Positions 28,115 to 38,465 of a stretch of DNA of 64,000 bases are shown in pieces. The DNA comes from Candidatus Multivoradales bacterium (GTDB taxonomy: Bacteria > Acidobacteriota > Thermoanaerobaculia > Multivoradales > JAHEKO01). Numbering within the stretch: the first letter of the stretch is position 1; each line of letters begins with the position of its first letter. The notes under the pieces were generated by a model that saw only the letters and a list, made by a program, of their open reading frames with translations, did no database searches and was not told the DNA's origin. A program made the position numbers and the translations under genes. The DNA lies in the NCBI GenBank assembly GCA_965223855.1, contig CBDCXM010000009.1, positions 320,001-384,000 of the forward strand. Reading direction: 5' to 3'.

Positions 28115-29359
28115 ATGAGTGACGAGACGAAGCAGACGATCGACGCAGCCACGACGACTTCCGTTCTGGAGGGCTCGAGCCTCTGGCGCCAGTGGGCCGC
28201 CTTCATGGCGCTGACGCTGGCGCTGATGGCCGGCGGGCTGACGCTCACCGGCTGCGCCGGTGAAGCCAACGGCGACGACGAGGCCAAGGCCGAAGCGTCG
28301 GAGGACGGCGAGAAGAGCGCCGACGGCGAAGGTGAAGACGAGGAGGGCGACGAGACAGCCGCCATCCCCGTAGAGGTCGAGCCGGTCGCCACCGGCACCG
28401 TCGCCGCCTACGTGAGCGCGACCGCCAACCTGGTCGCCGAGAACGATGTCGCGGTGCTCTCCGAGGTCGAGGGCCGGGTCACCAGCCTTTCGGTCGACGA
28501 GGGGCACTACGTCCGCCAGGGGCAGGTGCTGGCGCGGCTCGACCCGAGCGACGAGCAGATCGCGCTGACCAAGGCGGAGCTGCGGCACGAGAACGCCAAG
28601 CTCGCCTACGACCGCAGCGAGGACCTGATGGCCAAGGAGCTCGTCAGCCGCGAGGAGCACGACAAGCTGACGGTCGACTTCCAGATCGCCCAGCAGGAGC
28701 TGGCCGAGGCGAAGTGGGCGCTGGCGCAGACCGTCATCAAGTCGCCGTTCTCCGGTCGAGTCACGCTGCGCGAAATCCAGCTCGGTCAGCACGTGCGCCC
28801 CGGCGATACGCTGTTCCAGATCACCGACTTCGATCCGCTGATCGCCCGCATCTACCTCTCCGAGAGCGACATCGTCGGCCTCACCGAGGGAACCGAGACG
28901 CGAATCCAGCTCAACGCCGATCCGAGCGTCGTGCTCGCCGGCCGGATCCGCCAGATCTCGCCGATCGTCGACACCGCCACCGGCACCGTCAAGGTGACGG
29001 TCGAAGCGAACGCGGTCTCGGGCGACGGTCCGCCGCCGGTGAGACCGGGTAGCTTCGTGTCGATCCACGTCGTCCGCGAAACCCACGAGAACGCCCTGAC
29101 CGTGCCGCGCGAGGCGGTGCTGCGCGAGCTGCAGGCGACCCACGTCTTCGTCACCGACGGAGCGACCGCCACCAAGAAGGCGATCCAGCTCGGCATCGAG
29201 GACGGCAATCGCGTGCAGGTGCTCGCCGGGCTCGAGGCTGGAGAGAACGTCATCGTCGCCGGCCAGGGCGGCCTGCGCGAGGGGACGAAGATCCGCGTCC
29301 TCGGTGACGAGAGCGACGCGACCGCCGAGACCGACGTCGACGTCGCGTCCGCGAGCTGA
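28115..29359 (+). CDS. RND efflux periplasmic adaptor (membrane fusion protein)
   Basis: SEVEGRV...VDEG..VRQGQVLA, IKSPFSG, ISPIVDTATGTVKV, RPGSF; lies upstream of two RND permeases. Confidence 0.92.
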   Translation: MSDETKQTIDAATTTSVLEGSSLWRQWAAFMALTLALMAGGLTLTGCAGEANGDDEAKAEASEDGEKSADGEGEDEEGDETAAIPVEVEPVATGTVAAYVSATANLVAENDVAVLSEVEGRVTSLSVDEGHYVRQGQVLARLDPSDEQIALTKAELRHENAKLAYDRSEDLMAKELVSREEHDKLTVDFQIAQQELAEAKWALAQTVIKSPFSGRVTLREIQLGQHVRPGDTLFQITDFDPLIARIYLSESDIVGLTEGTETRIQLNADPSVVLAGRIRQISPIVDTATGTVKVTVEANAVSGDGPPPVRPGSFVSIHVVRETHENALTVPREAVLRELQATHVFVTDGATATKKAIQLGIEDGNRVQVLAGLEAGENVIVAGQGGLREGTKIRVLGDESDATAETDVDVASAS

Positions 29360-29370
29360 GGAGCGAAGCC

Positions 29371-32300
29371 GTGCGCCTGATCGAGTTCTCCCTCACCCGT
29401 CGGGTCACCATCGCCATGGGCGCAGTCGCCCTGGTGCTGTTCGGCCTCGTCGCCTTCCAGCGGCTGTCGATCAACCTGCTGCCCGATCTTTCGTATCCCA
29501 GCCTTACGGTCGAGACCCGCTATCCGGGCGCCGCCCCGGCCGAGATCGAGAGCCTCGTCACGAGACCGATCGAAGAGGTGATCGGCGTCGTCTCCGGCGT
29601 CCAGCGGCTGACCTCGACCTCGCGCCCCGGCCTCTCGCAGGTGACGCTCGAGTTCGACTGGAAGCGCGACATGGACTTCGCCGCGCTCGACGTGCGCGAG
29701 AAGCTCGATCTGATCCGCCTGCCCCAGCAGGCGTCGAAGCCGGTGGTGCTGCGCTTCGATCCGGCGAACGACCCGATCCTGCGGCTCTACCTGACCGGCG
29801 GCGAGAGCCTCTATCAGCTCCGCTACGTCGGTGAGGAGGTCGTCAAGAAGGACCTCGAGTCGACCGAGGGGGTCGCCGCGATCAAGGTCAACGGCGGCTA
29901 CGAGGAAGAGATTCAGGTGCGGGTCGACGAGGGCAAGCTCTCGCTCGTCGGGCTCACCATCCAGGACGTCAACACCAAGCTGCTGCAGGAGAACGTCAAC
30001 CAGGCGGGCGGCAGCCTCTACGAATCGGAAGCGCGCTATCTGGTGCGCGCCAACAACGAGTTCGAGGGCCTGCCGGACATCCTGCAGACGGTCCTCACCT
30101 CTCAGAACGGGCGCGTGGTGCGGGTCTCCGACGTCGCGCGGGTCGAGCGCGGCCACAAGCGGCGCGAGGTGATCACCCGTCACGGCGCCGAGGAGGCGGT
30201 CGAGCTCGCCCTCTACAAGGAGGGGGACTCGAACACCGTGCAGGTCGCGCGCTCGGTCAGCACGCGGCTCGCCGCGATCGCCGACGAGCTGCCCGAGGGA
30301 ATCGAGATCTCGACCGGCGTCGACCAGTCGAAGTTCATCCAGGCGTCGATCCGCGAGGTGCTCTCGAACGCGCTGCTGGGCGGCTTCATCGCCGTGATCG
30401 TGCTGCTGCTGTTCCTCAAGGATCCGCGGTCGACCCTCATCATCGGCCTGTCGATCCCGATCTCGATCGTGACGACCTTCTTCCTCATGTACCGCACCGG
30501 GACGACGCTCAACATCATGTCGCTCGGCGGTCTGGCGCTGGGCGTCGGCATGCTGGTCGACAACGCGATCGTCGTGCTGGAAGCGGTCTACAAGCACCGC
30601 GAGGCCGGCGAGAACCGCTTCGATTCGGCGCTCAAGGGTGCCTCCGAGGTCGGCCGCGCGGTCATCGCCTCGACGCTGACGACGGTCGCCGTCTTCCTGC
30701 CGGTGGTGTTCCTCGACGGTGTCGCGGCGCAGCTCTTCCGCGACATGGCACTCACCGTGTCGTTCTCGCTCGTCGCGTCGCTGGTGATCGCTCTGACGCT
30801 CATTCCGATGCTCGCCGCGGCGCTCGGGGCCACGCGGCTCGAGTCGGTGCCGACGCCACCGGCCGCCGGCCGGCGCATCGCGCGCTCCATCTGGCGTGTC
30901 TTCGTCTGGCTGCCGAGCCTGGTCCTCAAGGGGCTGCGGATCGCCGGCGGCTGGGTCGGCCGTGTGCTTACGATCGCCGCGAAGCCGATCAGCAAGGCGT
31001 TCGACGGCGTCCTCGGCACCGTGTCGAACGCCTATCCGAAGCTCCTGGGTTGGGCGCTCGCGCGGCGCATGCTCGTCATCGTCGTCGCGCTGGTGGTCTT
31101 CATCGGCGCCCTCGCGCTGGTTCCGGGACTCGGCTTCGACCTCATCCCCGCCTTCTCGCAGGGTGAGTTCAGCTTCCTCGTCGAGCTGCCGGAAGGGACG
31201 CCGCTCGAGGTGGTCGATCGCTACGTCGCCGAAGTACAGGACGTGGTGGCGGACGATCCGCGGGTCGGTTCGCTGTCGAGCATCGCCGGCGGACGCGGGC
31301 TGAGCCTCACCAACACCGGCACCGAGGGCGAGAACACCGCCCGCATCCAGGTGCTGATGGCCTCCGGTACGACGCCGCAGGACGAGCAGGCGGTGATCAC
31401 GGCACTGCGCTCGCGGTTCGACGAAACGCCGGAGGTCGCCTACAAGTTCGAGCGGCCGACCTACTTCAGCTTCCGCACCCCGATCGAGGTCGAGATCTAC
31501 GGCGACCAGCTCGAGGATCTGCACTCGGTGGCCGCCGACGTGCGCGGCCGGCTGGCCGAGCTGCCCGGCCTCGTCGACGTCAAGTCGTCGGCCGAGCTCG
31601 GCAACCCCGAGCTCCAGGTGCGCTTCGACCGCGCCCAGTTCGCGCAGCTCGACCTGGCGATCGGGACGGTCGCCGACACCATCCGCAACAAGGTGCAGGG
31701 CGAGGTCGCGACCCGGCTGACCGAGGGCGACCGCGAGATCGACATCGTCGTCCGCTCGGTCGACGTCGGCCAGGCGAAGGTGCGCGACATCGAGAACTTC
31801 ATCGTCGCGCAGCGCCACGGCGTGCCGGTCTACCTCAAGTCGATCGCCGACGTGTCGATCGTCGCCGGCCCGAGCGAGATCCGCCGTATCGGCCAGAAGC
31901 GCGCCGCGGTGGTCTCCGCCAATCTCGACGGCCGCGACATGGGCGCGGCGGCGGCCGACGTCCGCCGGGCGCTGACCGAGGTCGTTCTGCCCGCCTCGAC
32001 CACGGTGGCCGTGAGCGGTCAGGAAGAGGAGCGCACGAGTGCTCAGAGCTCGCTCCTGATGGCGATGGCGCTGGCGATCTTCCTCGTCTACCTGGTGATG
32101 GCCTCGCAGTTCGAGTCGTTCCTCCACCCGTTCGTCATCATCTTCTCGCTGCCGCTCGGTGCGATCGGCGTCGTGATGGCGCTCGGCGTCACCGGCAACA
32201 GCGTCAACATCGTGGCGATGATCGGCGCCGTCATGCTGGCCGGCATCGTCGTCAACAACGCGATCGTCCTCATCGACGCCGTCAACCAGCGGCGGCGCGC

Positions 32301-32661
32301 CGGGATGGCGAAAGAGGAAGCGCTGCTGGCCGCCGGCTCCGACCGCCTGCGGCCGATTCTCATGACGTCCGCAACGACCGTGCTCGGCCTGCTGCCGATG
32401 GCCCTCGGCCTCGGCGAGGGGGCGGAGCTTCGGGCGCCGCTCGCGATCACCGTGATCGGCGGTCTCACCGTGGCGACGCTCCTGACCCTGATCGTCATCC
32501 CGGTGGTCTACGCCACCTTCGACCGCCGCGAGTCGCTCGCCGAGGAGGATCTCGGAGAGCCCGAGGACGACGACCAGGCGAAGGCCGAAGATGACGAAGC
32601 CGCCGCAGACGAGGAACCGGACCTCGACGACGCCCTCGAAGCCGGAGCCGCCGGCGCCTGA
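29371..32661 (+). CDS. RND efflux permease (AcrB/SwrC-like), subunit 1
   Basis: YPGAAPAEIE, GMLVDNAIVVLE, ASTLTTVAVFLP, GIVVNNAIV, RLRPILMT. Confidence 0.95.
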   Translation: MRLIEFSLTRRVTIAMGAVALVLFGLVAFQRLSINLLPDLSYPSLTVETRYPGAAPAEIESLVTRPIEEVIGVVSGVQRLTSTSRPGLSQVTLEFDWKRDMDFAALDVREKLDLIRLPQQASKPVVLRFDPANDPILRLYLTGGESLYQLRYVGEEVVKKDLESTEGVAAIKVNGGYEEEIQVRVDEGKLSLVGLTIQDVNTKLLQENVNQAGGSLYESEARYLVRANNEFEGLPDILQTVLTSQNGRVVRVSDVARVERGHKRREVITRHGAEEAVELALYKEGDSNTVQVARSVSTRLAAIADELPEGIEISTGVDQSKFIQASIREVLSNALLGGFIAVIVLLLFLKDPRSTLIIGLSIPISIVTTFFLMYRTGTTLNIMSLGGLALGVGMLVDNAIVVLEAVYKHREAGENRFDSALKGASEVGRAVIASTLTTVAVFLPVVFLDGVAAQLFRDMALTVSFSLVASLVIALTLIPMLAAALGATRLESVPTPPAAGRRIARSIWRVFVWLPSLVLKGLRIAGGWVGRVLTIAAKPISKAFDGVLGTVSNAYPKLLGWALARRMLVIVVALVVFIGALALVPGLGFDLIPAFSQGEFSFLVELPEGTPLEVVDRYVAEVQDVVADDPRVGSLSSIAGGRGLSLTNTGTEGENTARIQVLMASGTTPQDEQAVITALRSRFDETPEVAYKFERPTYFSFRTPIEVEIYGDQLEDLHSVAADVRGRLAELPGLVDVKSSAELGNPELQVRFDRAQFAQLDLAIGTVADTIRNKVQGEVATRLTEGDREIDIVVRSVDVGQAKVRDIENFIVAQRHGVPVYLKSIADVSIVAGPSEIRRIGQKRAAVVSANLDGRDMGAAAADVRRALTEVVLPASTTVAVSGQEEERTSAQSSLLMAMALAIFLVYLVMASQFESFLHPFVIIFSLPLGAIGVVMALGVTGNSVNIVAMIGAVMLAGIVVNNAIVLIDAVNQRRRAGMAKEEALLAAGSDRLRPILMTSATTVLGLLPMALGLGEGAELRAPLAITVIGGLTVATLLTLIVIPVVYATFDRRESLAEEDLGEPEDDDQAKAEDDEAAADEEPDLDDALEAGAAGA

Positions 32662-32689
32662 CCGCCGGCCGATCGACAAGGAAGCCGCG

Positions 32690-35600
32690 ATGAGCCTGCT
32701 CAAACTCTCCGTCAGCCGCCCCGTCACCACCGCGATGGTGCTGGTGAGCATCCTCGTGCTCGGGGGTATCGCCGCCGCGCGCCTGCCGCTCGCCTACCTG
32801 CCGGAGATCGACGTGCCGTTCATCGGCATCCAGATCCCCTACCCCAACTCGAATCCGCAGCAGATCGAGAAGGAGATCGTGCGGCCGGTCGAGGAGCTGC
32901 TGGCAACGCTGCCGGGAGTCAACTCGCTCAACGCCAACGCCACCGCCGATCAGGCGGAGTTCTTCCTCGAGTTCGACTGGGGCAACTCGATCGACATCGT
33001 CCGCATGCAGGTGGGCGAGAAGATGGACCAGATCAAGCCCGAGCTGCCGGCCGGCATCGGCGAGGTCTTCATCTTCTCGTTCAACACGAGCGACATCCCG
33101 GTGGTCGAAGGGCGCATCTCAGCCCCCGGGGTCGATCTCTCCTCGAGCTACGAGCTGATCGAGGCGCGGGTGCTCAACCGCCTGCGCCGCATCCCCGGCG
33201 TCGGCCGGGTCGACCTCGACGGCGTGCTGCCGCGCGAGATCTTCATCGACCTCGTACTCGACGAGATCGCCGCCCACAACGTCGACGTCAGCGCGCTGAT
33301 CGGCAAGCTCCAGGGGGCGACCTCGAACCTCGTCCTCGGTCAGGTGGCGGACGATCAGATGAGCTTCACCGCCCGCGCCGTGGGTGACTTCGAGTCGGTC
33401 GAGGAGATCCAGACCCTCGCCATCGACCAGCGCGGGCTGACCCTCGGCGACATTGCCGAGATCTCCTACGAGCAGCCGCCGATCGGCCACGGCCGGCATC
33501 TCGACGGCTCCTACGCCGTCGCCCTGATGGTGTTCAAGGAGTCGACCGCCAACACCGTCGACGTCGCCAACGAGGTGTTGCGGGTGCTCGACGAGGACAT
33601 CGGCGCCGATCCGCTCCTCCAGGGGATCAACGTCTTCATGTGGGACAACCAGGCGGACGCGATCACCAACGGCGTGCAGGGGCTCCTGATGGCGGGCATC
33701 ATCGGCGGCCTGCTGGCGGTGCTGTGCCTCTACTTCTTCCTGCGGCGGCTCGATTCGACGCTGATCGTCTCGCTGTCGATCCCGTTCTCGATCATCGCCG
33801 CGTGCGGCATCCTCTACTTCCTCGGCGGATCGCTGAACATCCTGTCGATGATGGGGTTGATGCTCGCGGTCGGCATGCTGGTCGACAACGGCGTCGTGGT
33901 GCTCGAATCGATCGACCGCCACCACCGGACGGAGAAGAACCGCAAGAAGTCGGCGCTCCAGGGCGCCCGCGAGGTCGTCGTGGCGGTCGGCAGCTCGACC
34001 CTCACCACCGTGATCGTCTTCCTGCCGCTGATCCTCGGCGGCAAGACCGACCTCGCCGTCTGGCTCAAGGAGATCGGGGTCGCGATCACCATCGCCCTCG
34101 GCTGCTCGCTCTTCACCGCGATGACGCTGATCCCGCTGATGTCGGCACACTTCCTCGGCCGCAAGAGGTCGAAGCCGATCCGGGCGATGTCGAAGCTCGA
34201 GGATCGCTACGCGGCCATCCTCGGATGGACCCTCACCCGGCCGTGGAAGACGGCGGGCCTGATGATCCTCTTCGCGGTGCTGGGTGTGGTGCCGATGATG
34301 ACCGGCATGGTCGACGCGGCGATGTTCTCCGGCACGCTCAACGAGCGGATCTACTTCAGCTACGAGTTCTCGGAATTCGCCTACAAGTCGCAGGCCGAAG
34401 ACGCGGTCGACGTGGTCGAGAAGGCGATCGAGCCCCACAAGGTGCGGCTCGGCATCGATTCGGTCTACAGCTACTACACCTCGAACGAGGCGGGCACGAC
34501 GCTGACGCTGGCGCAGAAGAACCTCTCGGACGACGAGGTCAAGGAGCTGCGCAAGCAGGTGCGCGAGGTGCTTCCGGAGATGGCGGGCGTCAAGTTGCGC
34601 TTCGACGAGGAGTCGGACTCCGGCGGCAACTCGACCTACTTCGCCGTCAAGTTCTTCGGTCAGGACACCGACGTGCTGCTCGATCTGGCGACCGAGGCGG
34701 CGCGGCGCATCGACACCGTCGAGGGGGTCGAGGACGTCCGCACCCCGTTCAAGGAGGCGCAGCGCGAGATCCAGGTGTCGATCGACCGCGAGAAGGCTAC
34801 CCGCCAGGGGCTGACCGCCCAGGACATGGCGAACATCTTCTCCTTCACCCTCGGCTCGATGCGGCTGCCGCGCTTCGACGCCGGAGATCGCGAGGTCGAC
34901 ACCTGGCTGGCGCTGCGCATCGAGGACCGCGAGAACCTCGAGGATCTCAAGAAGATCCAGATCGGCGGTAGCGACGACCGGCCGGTGCGGCTGGGCGACG
35001 TCGCGAACTTCCAGTTCGTCAGCCGCCCGCGCGAGATCCAGCGCGAGAACCGCAAGGTGCGGATGGCGGTGCGCGCCACCTACGAGGGCGAGGACTGGGA
35101 GAGCACCCAGAAGGAGATCGAGGGGCTGATGAACGCCTTCGAGCTCCCCGCAGGCTATTCCTGGAGCTGGAACGACCGCATCATCGAGCAGGGGCAGCAG
35201 AACGCCCAGATGGGGGTCAACATGCTGCTGGCGCTGCTGCTGGTCTACATCGTCATGGCATCGCTCTTCGAATCGCTCGCCCAGCCGTTCGCGATCCTCT
35301 TCTCGATCCTCTTCGCCCTCCCCGGAGTCTTCTGGGCGCTGGCGCTCACCGGCACCTCGTTCAACCTGATGGCGCAGATCGGCATCCTCATCCTGATGGG
35401 GATCGTCGTGAACAACGGCATCGTGCTGCTCGACCACGTGAAGAGGCTGCGCGACAGCGGCCTCACCCAGCACGACGCCTTCCTCCGCGCCGGCCGCGAG
35501 CGGCTGCGGCCGATCCTCATGACCGCCTCGACCACCGTCATCGGCCTGCTGCCGCTGGCGGTGCGCGGCCCCAACGCCGGCGGCGTCTTCTACTACCCGC

Positions 35601-35782
35601 TGGCGCGCACCGTGATGGGGGGGCTCATCTCCTCCGTCATCCTGACCCTCATCATCCTCCCCTTCTGGAGCGTCTTCATCGAGAAGGGCGTCGCCTGGCT
35701 GCGCAACATCTGGCGCCTGTCGGGCGCGCGCAAGAGCGACGGCGAGGCGGGGGTGCCGGTGGCGGCCGAGACGACGAGCTGA
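32690..35782 (+). CDS. RND efflux permease, subunit 2
   Basis: RPVTTAM, GMLVDNGVVVLE, GIVVNNGIV, RLRPILMT; AAGGAAG RBS before the ATG at 32690. Confidence 0.95.
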   Translation: MSLLKLSVSRPVTTAMVLVSILVLGGIAAARLPLAYLPEIDVPFIGIQIPYPNSNPQQIEKEIVRPVEELLATLPGVNSLNANATADQAEFFLEFDWGNSIDIVRMQVGEKMDQIKPELPAGIGEVFIFSFNTSDIPVVEGRISAPGVDLSSSYELIEARVLNRLRRIPGVGRVDLDGVLPREIFIDLVLDEIAAHNVDVSALIGKLQGATSNLVLGQVADDQMSFTARAVGDFESVEEIQTLAIDQRGLTLGDIAEISYEQPPIGHGRHLDGSYAVALMVFKESTANTVDVANEVLRVLDEDIGADPLLQGINVFMWDNQADAITNGVQGLLMAGIIGGLLAVLCLYFFLRRLDSTLIVSLSIPFSIIAACGILYFLGGSLNILSMMGLMLAVGMLVDNGVVVLESIDRHHRTEKNRKKSALQGAREVVVAVGSSTLTTVIVFLPLILGGKTDLAVWLKEIGVAITIALGCSLFTAMTLIPLMSAHFLGRKRSKPIRAMSKLEDRYAAILGWTLTRPWKTAGLMILFAVLGVVPMMTGMVDAAMFSGTLNERIYFSYEFSEFAYKSQAEDAVDVVEKAIEPHKVRLGIDSVYSYYTSNEAGTTLTLAQKNLSDDEVKELRKQVREVLPEMAGVKLRFDEESDSGGNSTYFAVKFFGQDTDVLLDLATEAARRIDTVEGVEDVRTPFKEAQREIQVSIDREKATRQGLTAQDMANIFSFTLGSMRLPRFDAGDREVDTWLALRIEDRENLEDLKKIQIGGSDDRPVRLGDVANFQFVSRPREIQRENRKVRMAVRATYEGEDWESTQKEIEGLMNAFELPAGYSWSWNDRIIEQGQQNAQMGVNMLLALLLVYIVMASLFESLAQPFAILFSILFALPGVFWALALTGTSFNLMAQIGILILMGIVVNNGIVLLDHVKRLRDSGLTQHDAFLRAGRERLRPILMTASTTVIGLLPLAVRGPNAGGVFYYPLARTVMGGLISSVILTLIILPFWSVFIEKGVAWLRNIWRLSGARKSDGEAGVPVAAETTS

Positions 35783-35787
35783 AGTCG

Positions 35788-35970
35788 CTAACCCGGACTT
35801 CTCACCAGGTTTCTGCTCCAGGTCCGTGACTTGTTGGAGATACGAGGCTCTTCGTCCTGAGCAGCGCAGGCGTAGCCGTAGCTACATCGAGGAGCGCAGG
35901 GACGGAGAAACGCAGTAGATCCAGCAAGATACGGGCCTGGAGTAGGGAGCTGGTGAGAGGTCCGGGCTAG
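35788..35970 (+). mobile_element. 183-bp palindromic MITE/REPIN-like element, copy B
   Basis: Arms CTAACCCGGACTTCTCACCAG...CTGGTGAGAGGTCCGGGCTAG pair over about 70 bp with many G-T wobbles; core AGGCGTAGCCGTAGCTACATCGAGGAG. Mobility is inferred. Confidence 0.7.
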
Positions 35971-37292
35971 GGGACGGTCACCGACCAGGCCGAGGTGTCG
36001 CCTGACTCGAAGCCGTCTTCGAAGATCGGCGGGAGTCTGAACACCCAGGCGATGCCGTGGGGCTCGAACTGGATGTTGTTGGAGTTGCCGACGAGGAGCC
36101 GGGAACCGCTGAATGAGAGGGCCTCACCGAATGTGTCGAGGATCTGGCCGACCGGCGCTCGGAAAGTACCTACCTCTACCCATTCACCGTCGATGTAGCG
36201 GTTGTCGTAGACGATCCCCTGCCTGATCTGAGCGCCGTTGTCGCTCTCGCCGCCTACGAGGGCGATGTTGCCCCTCAGGGCCACGGCAGTGCCGTAGTAG
36301 TTGCCGTTGTTGGCGGCGTCCGACGCCAGGAGCTGTTGTTCTTCGCTCCAAACACCTCCTGAGCGACGGAAGACGTAGGCGGCACCGGGGCCGGGACCGC
36401 TTGGCGAAGGGTGCTGTTGCGCGCCAGCGAGCAGCGCATCTGGCTCCAGGGAGACAGAGAAACCCAGCATGGTGGCAAGAGTCCCGTCAGAAGCGCCCAG
36501 CTTCTGCTGAAACTGCCAGTTGGAGCCGTCGAAGGTGTAGACGAAGACCGCACCGGAGTTGAGACCTCCGGTGGTGTCGTTGCTGAAGTCGCCCACGACG
36601 AGGTCGTCCCCTCGCAGATCTACGGCCCAGCCGAAGCTGTGGCTACTGGACGGAGCCGAGTCGGTCAACTTCTGCCTCTCGATCCACTGATGGCCTATTC
36701 GCTCGAAGTAGTAGACAGCTCCAGGGGTGGCCGTGTCGGCCCCGGCCCGCATGGCTCCCACAGCCAGCCGGTCTCCCTCTAGTGCAAGAGCCCTCGCGAA
36801 GTGGTCCTGTTCGTCGCTGTCTGACCCTCGAATCTTGTCGACCTCGATCCAGTTGTCACCTACGCCGCGAATGAAGTAGTAGAAACTCCCCTGGTTCAAT
36901 TCGTCGTCGTCGAACGGTGCCCCGACGATGGCTACGCTCCCATCGATGGCGACCGCAACTCCGAAACCGTCGCCCTCAGCGCCATCGGAAGCTGTAAGCA
37001 TCGCGTCCTCAACCCAGGTTTCACCTTCGCGCTTGAAGATCCATGCGGCGCCCTGCTCTTCCTGTCCGCCGATGTCAGCTCCGTTGGCGCCGACGATGGC
37101 GTAGTCGCCATCGATATCGACTGCCGAACCGAACCTCCAGCCGCTCTGTTGCATGACACCTTGCAGCTGAGCCTCGGCCTCCCATTGGCCGCCGGAACCT
37201 TCGGAGGCTGCGGCCAGGCCTACAACGTTCGCGACCGGCAGGAGCAGTAGCGTGAGCGCCCGTCGCTTGGCTCTAGGGGCAAACGGTTCCAT
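35967..37292 (-). CDS. Secreted FG-GAP (integrin-alpha-like) repeat beta-propeller with C-terminal IFEDGFESGDTSAWS tag
   Basis: About seven FG-x-AV-x-I-DG-x-x-IVGA...GAAY/W-x-F repeats; signal-like N-terminus. Confidence 0.88.
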   Translation of the reverse strand: MEPFAPRAKRRALTLLLLPVANVVGLAAASEGSGGQWEAEAQLQGVMQQSGWRFGSAVDIDGDYAIVGANGADIGGQEEQGAAWIFKREGETWVEDAMLTASDGAEGDGFGVAVAIDGSVAIVGAPFDDDELNQGSFYYFIRGVGDNWIEVDKIRGSDSDEQDHFARALALEGDRLAVGAMRAGADTATPGAVYYFERIGHQWIERQKLTDSAPSSSHSFGWAVDLRGDDLVVGDFSNDTTGGLNSGAVFVYTFDGSNWQFQQKLGASDGTLATMLGFSVSLEPDALLAGAQQHPSPSGPGPGAAYVFRRSGGVWSEEQQLLASDAANNGNYYGTAVALRGNIALVGGESDNGAQIRQGIVYDNRYIDGEWVEVGTFRAPVGQILDTFGEALSFSGSRLLVGNSNNIQFEPHGIAWVFRLPPIFEDGFESGDTSAWSVTVP

Positions 37293-38421
37293 CGTCGATG
37301 GTCAAGCGTACATCCCATCGGGTGAAGCGAGCCCGAATGTTGCCTTGGGAACTTGGCCAGTTCGTGAGCCTGAGGGTCCATGGGCCGTCCGCTACCGTGC
37401 CTACGAAGACATTGTCTAGCAGCACCAATGGCGTCAGCTCGTCCTGGTCGTAGGCAACTTGGAGCTCGTCAGCCGGCTCGAAGTCTTTCAGGAGAATCGA
37501 CTGACCCTGAGGTCCTGTCAGGGCAACGGAGAATCTCGTATCCGCCGGCACACTGAAGCCGCGAAGCAAATAGACATCAGCGTCTGAAACCGTGCCGCCG
37601 ATCGGATCTGATGCGAACGTCAGTGTCGCCTCGGCCCACTCTCCGGGCTCGAGCACGCCCTCGTTCATCGAGGATGTCTCGATCTGCCTCAGATGGTCGA
37701 ACTTCACGTTCTGTGTCCGCCTGAACGTAGGGAATCCTGAGTCGTCCGAGGCCACCTCGATCTGCGCCGTCCTCACGATGGGGCAGTCCTCGGTGTCGTC
37801 GAAGGTCATCGCGATATCGACCGGAGGCTCGGGCGCATCGACCGGGGGCAGCGTGTGCGTTGAAGGCGAGGTCGCCGGGACGTTGTCGAAGAGAATCCAT
37901 CCCGCACCGCCAGCCGAGAGGGTGACGTCCTGCGGCACGATCCATCGGTTTCTCGGGTCGTAGGTGATCTGCGTTCCGGTGGGAAGGCCAAGGCCACCGT
38001 CTCCAGTCAGGTCTTTCGGTACAGAAAGTGTGAAGCCCTCTGTACCGACGAACACCCGATGGAGGATCGGTTCCCGAGTCTCGTAGGTGTAGTCAAAAAA
38101 AGCCAACGTTTCTTCGAAGACACCCGGACCCAGGCTGATGTTGTTGTTGGGCGCCACCTCGAGACTCACCTCCTGCCCCTCCCCTAGTGTGCCCGAAGTG
38201 GGCCCGCTCACCACATCGAAGAAGCTCGTGATCGGCTGGGGGTGAGACTTGACTTCCCATGGGAGCGGTGTGCCATCCGGAGTCCCGTCGAACGGCACGG
38301 CAACGTCGAAGGTCAGACCCGGGAAGTCGCTGGCGTCAGTAGGAGGGCCGTAGAACTCTGCTACGGGTCCGCTGAAGCTCTGATTCACCTGAATCCCGAG
38401 CGCAGGGATCGTTGTGTTCAT
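37273..38421 (-). CDS. Beta-rich extracellular-type protein (BACON-like + proprotein convertase P-domain-like), possibly a 5'-truncated remnant
   Basis: C-terminal VSDADVYL...VALTGPQG...ADGPWTLRL...RWDVRL resembles a P-domain; no signal peptide; atypical codon usage. Confidence 0.55.
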   Translation of the reverse strand: MNTTIPALGIQVNQSFSGPVAEFYGPPTDASDFPGLTFDVAVPFDGTPDGTPLPWEVKSHPQPITSFFDVVSGPTSGTLGEGQEVSLEVAPNNNISLGPGVFEETLAFFDYTYETREPILHRVFVGTEGFTLSVPKDLTGDGGLGLPTGTQITYDPRNRWIVPQDVTLSAGGAGWILFDNVPATSPSTHTLPPVDAPEPPVDIAMTFDDTEDCPIVRTAQIEVASDDSGFPTFRRTQNVKFDHLRQIETSSMNEGVLEPGEWAEATLTFASDPIGGTVSDADVYLLRGFSVPADTRFSVALTGPQGQSILLKDFEPADELQVAYDQDELTPLVLLDNVFVGTVADGPWTLRLTNWPSSQGNIRARFTRWDVRLTIDDGTVCP

Positions 38422-38465
38422 GCTCGACCCGAGGGGTCCCCATCCGACGCCCAGGGCACCGTCAA

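Noticed and set aside
28852-32751. Very long antisense or alternate-frame ORFs (also 4320-6995, 33119-35473, 41013-44945, 42349-45021, 50082-52241, 52174-55671)
   Set aside because: These are shadows of real high-GC genes: Arg/Gly/Pro-rich, no motifs, and fully overlapping well-supported CDSs.
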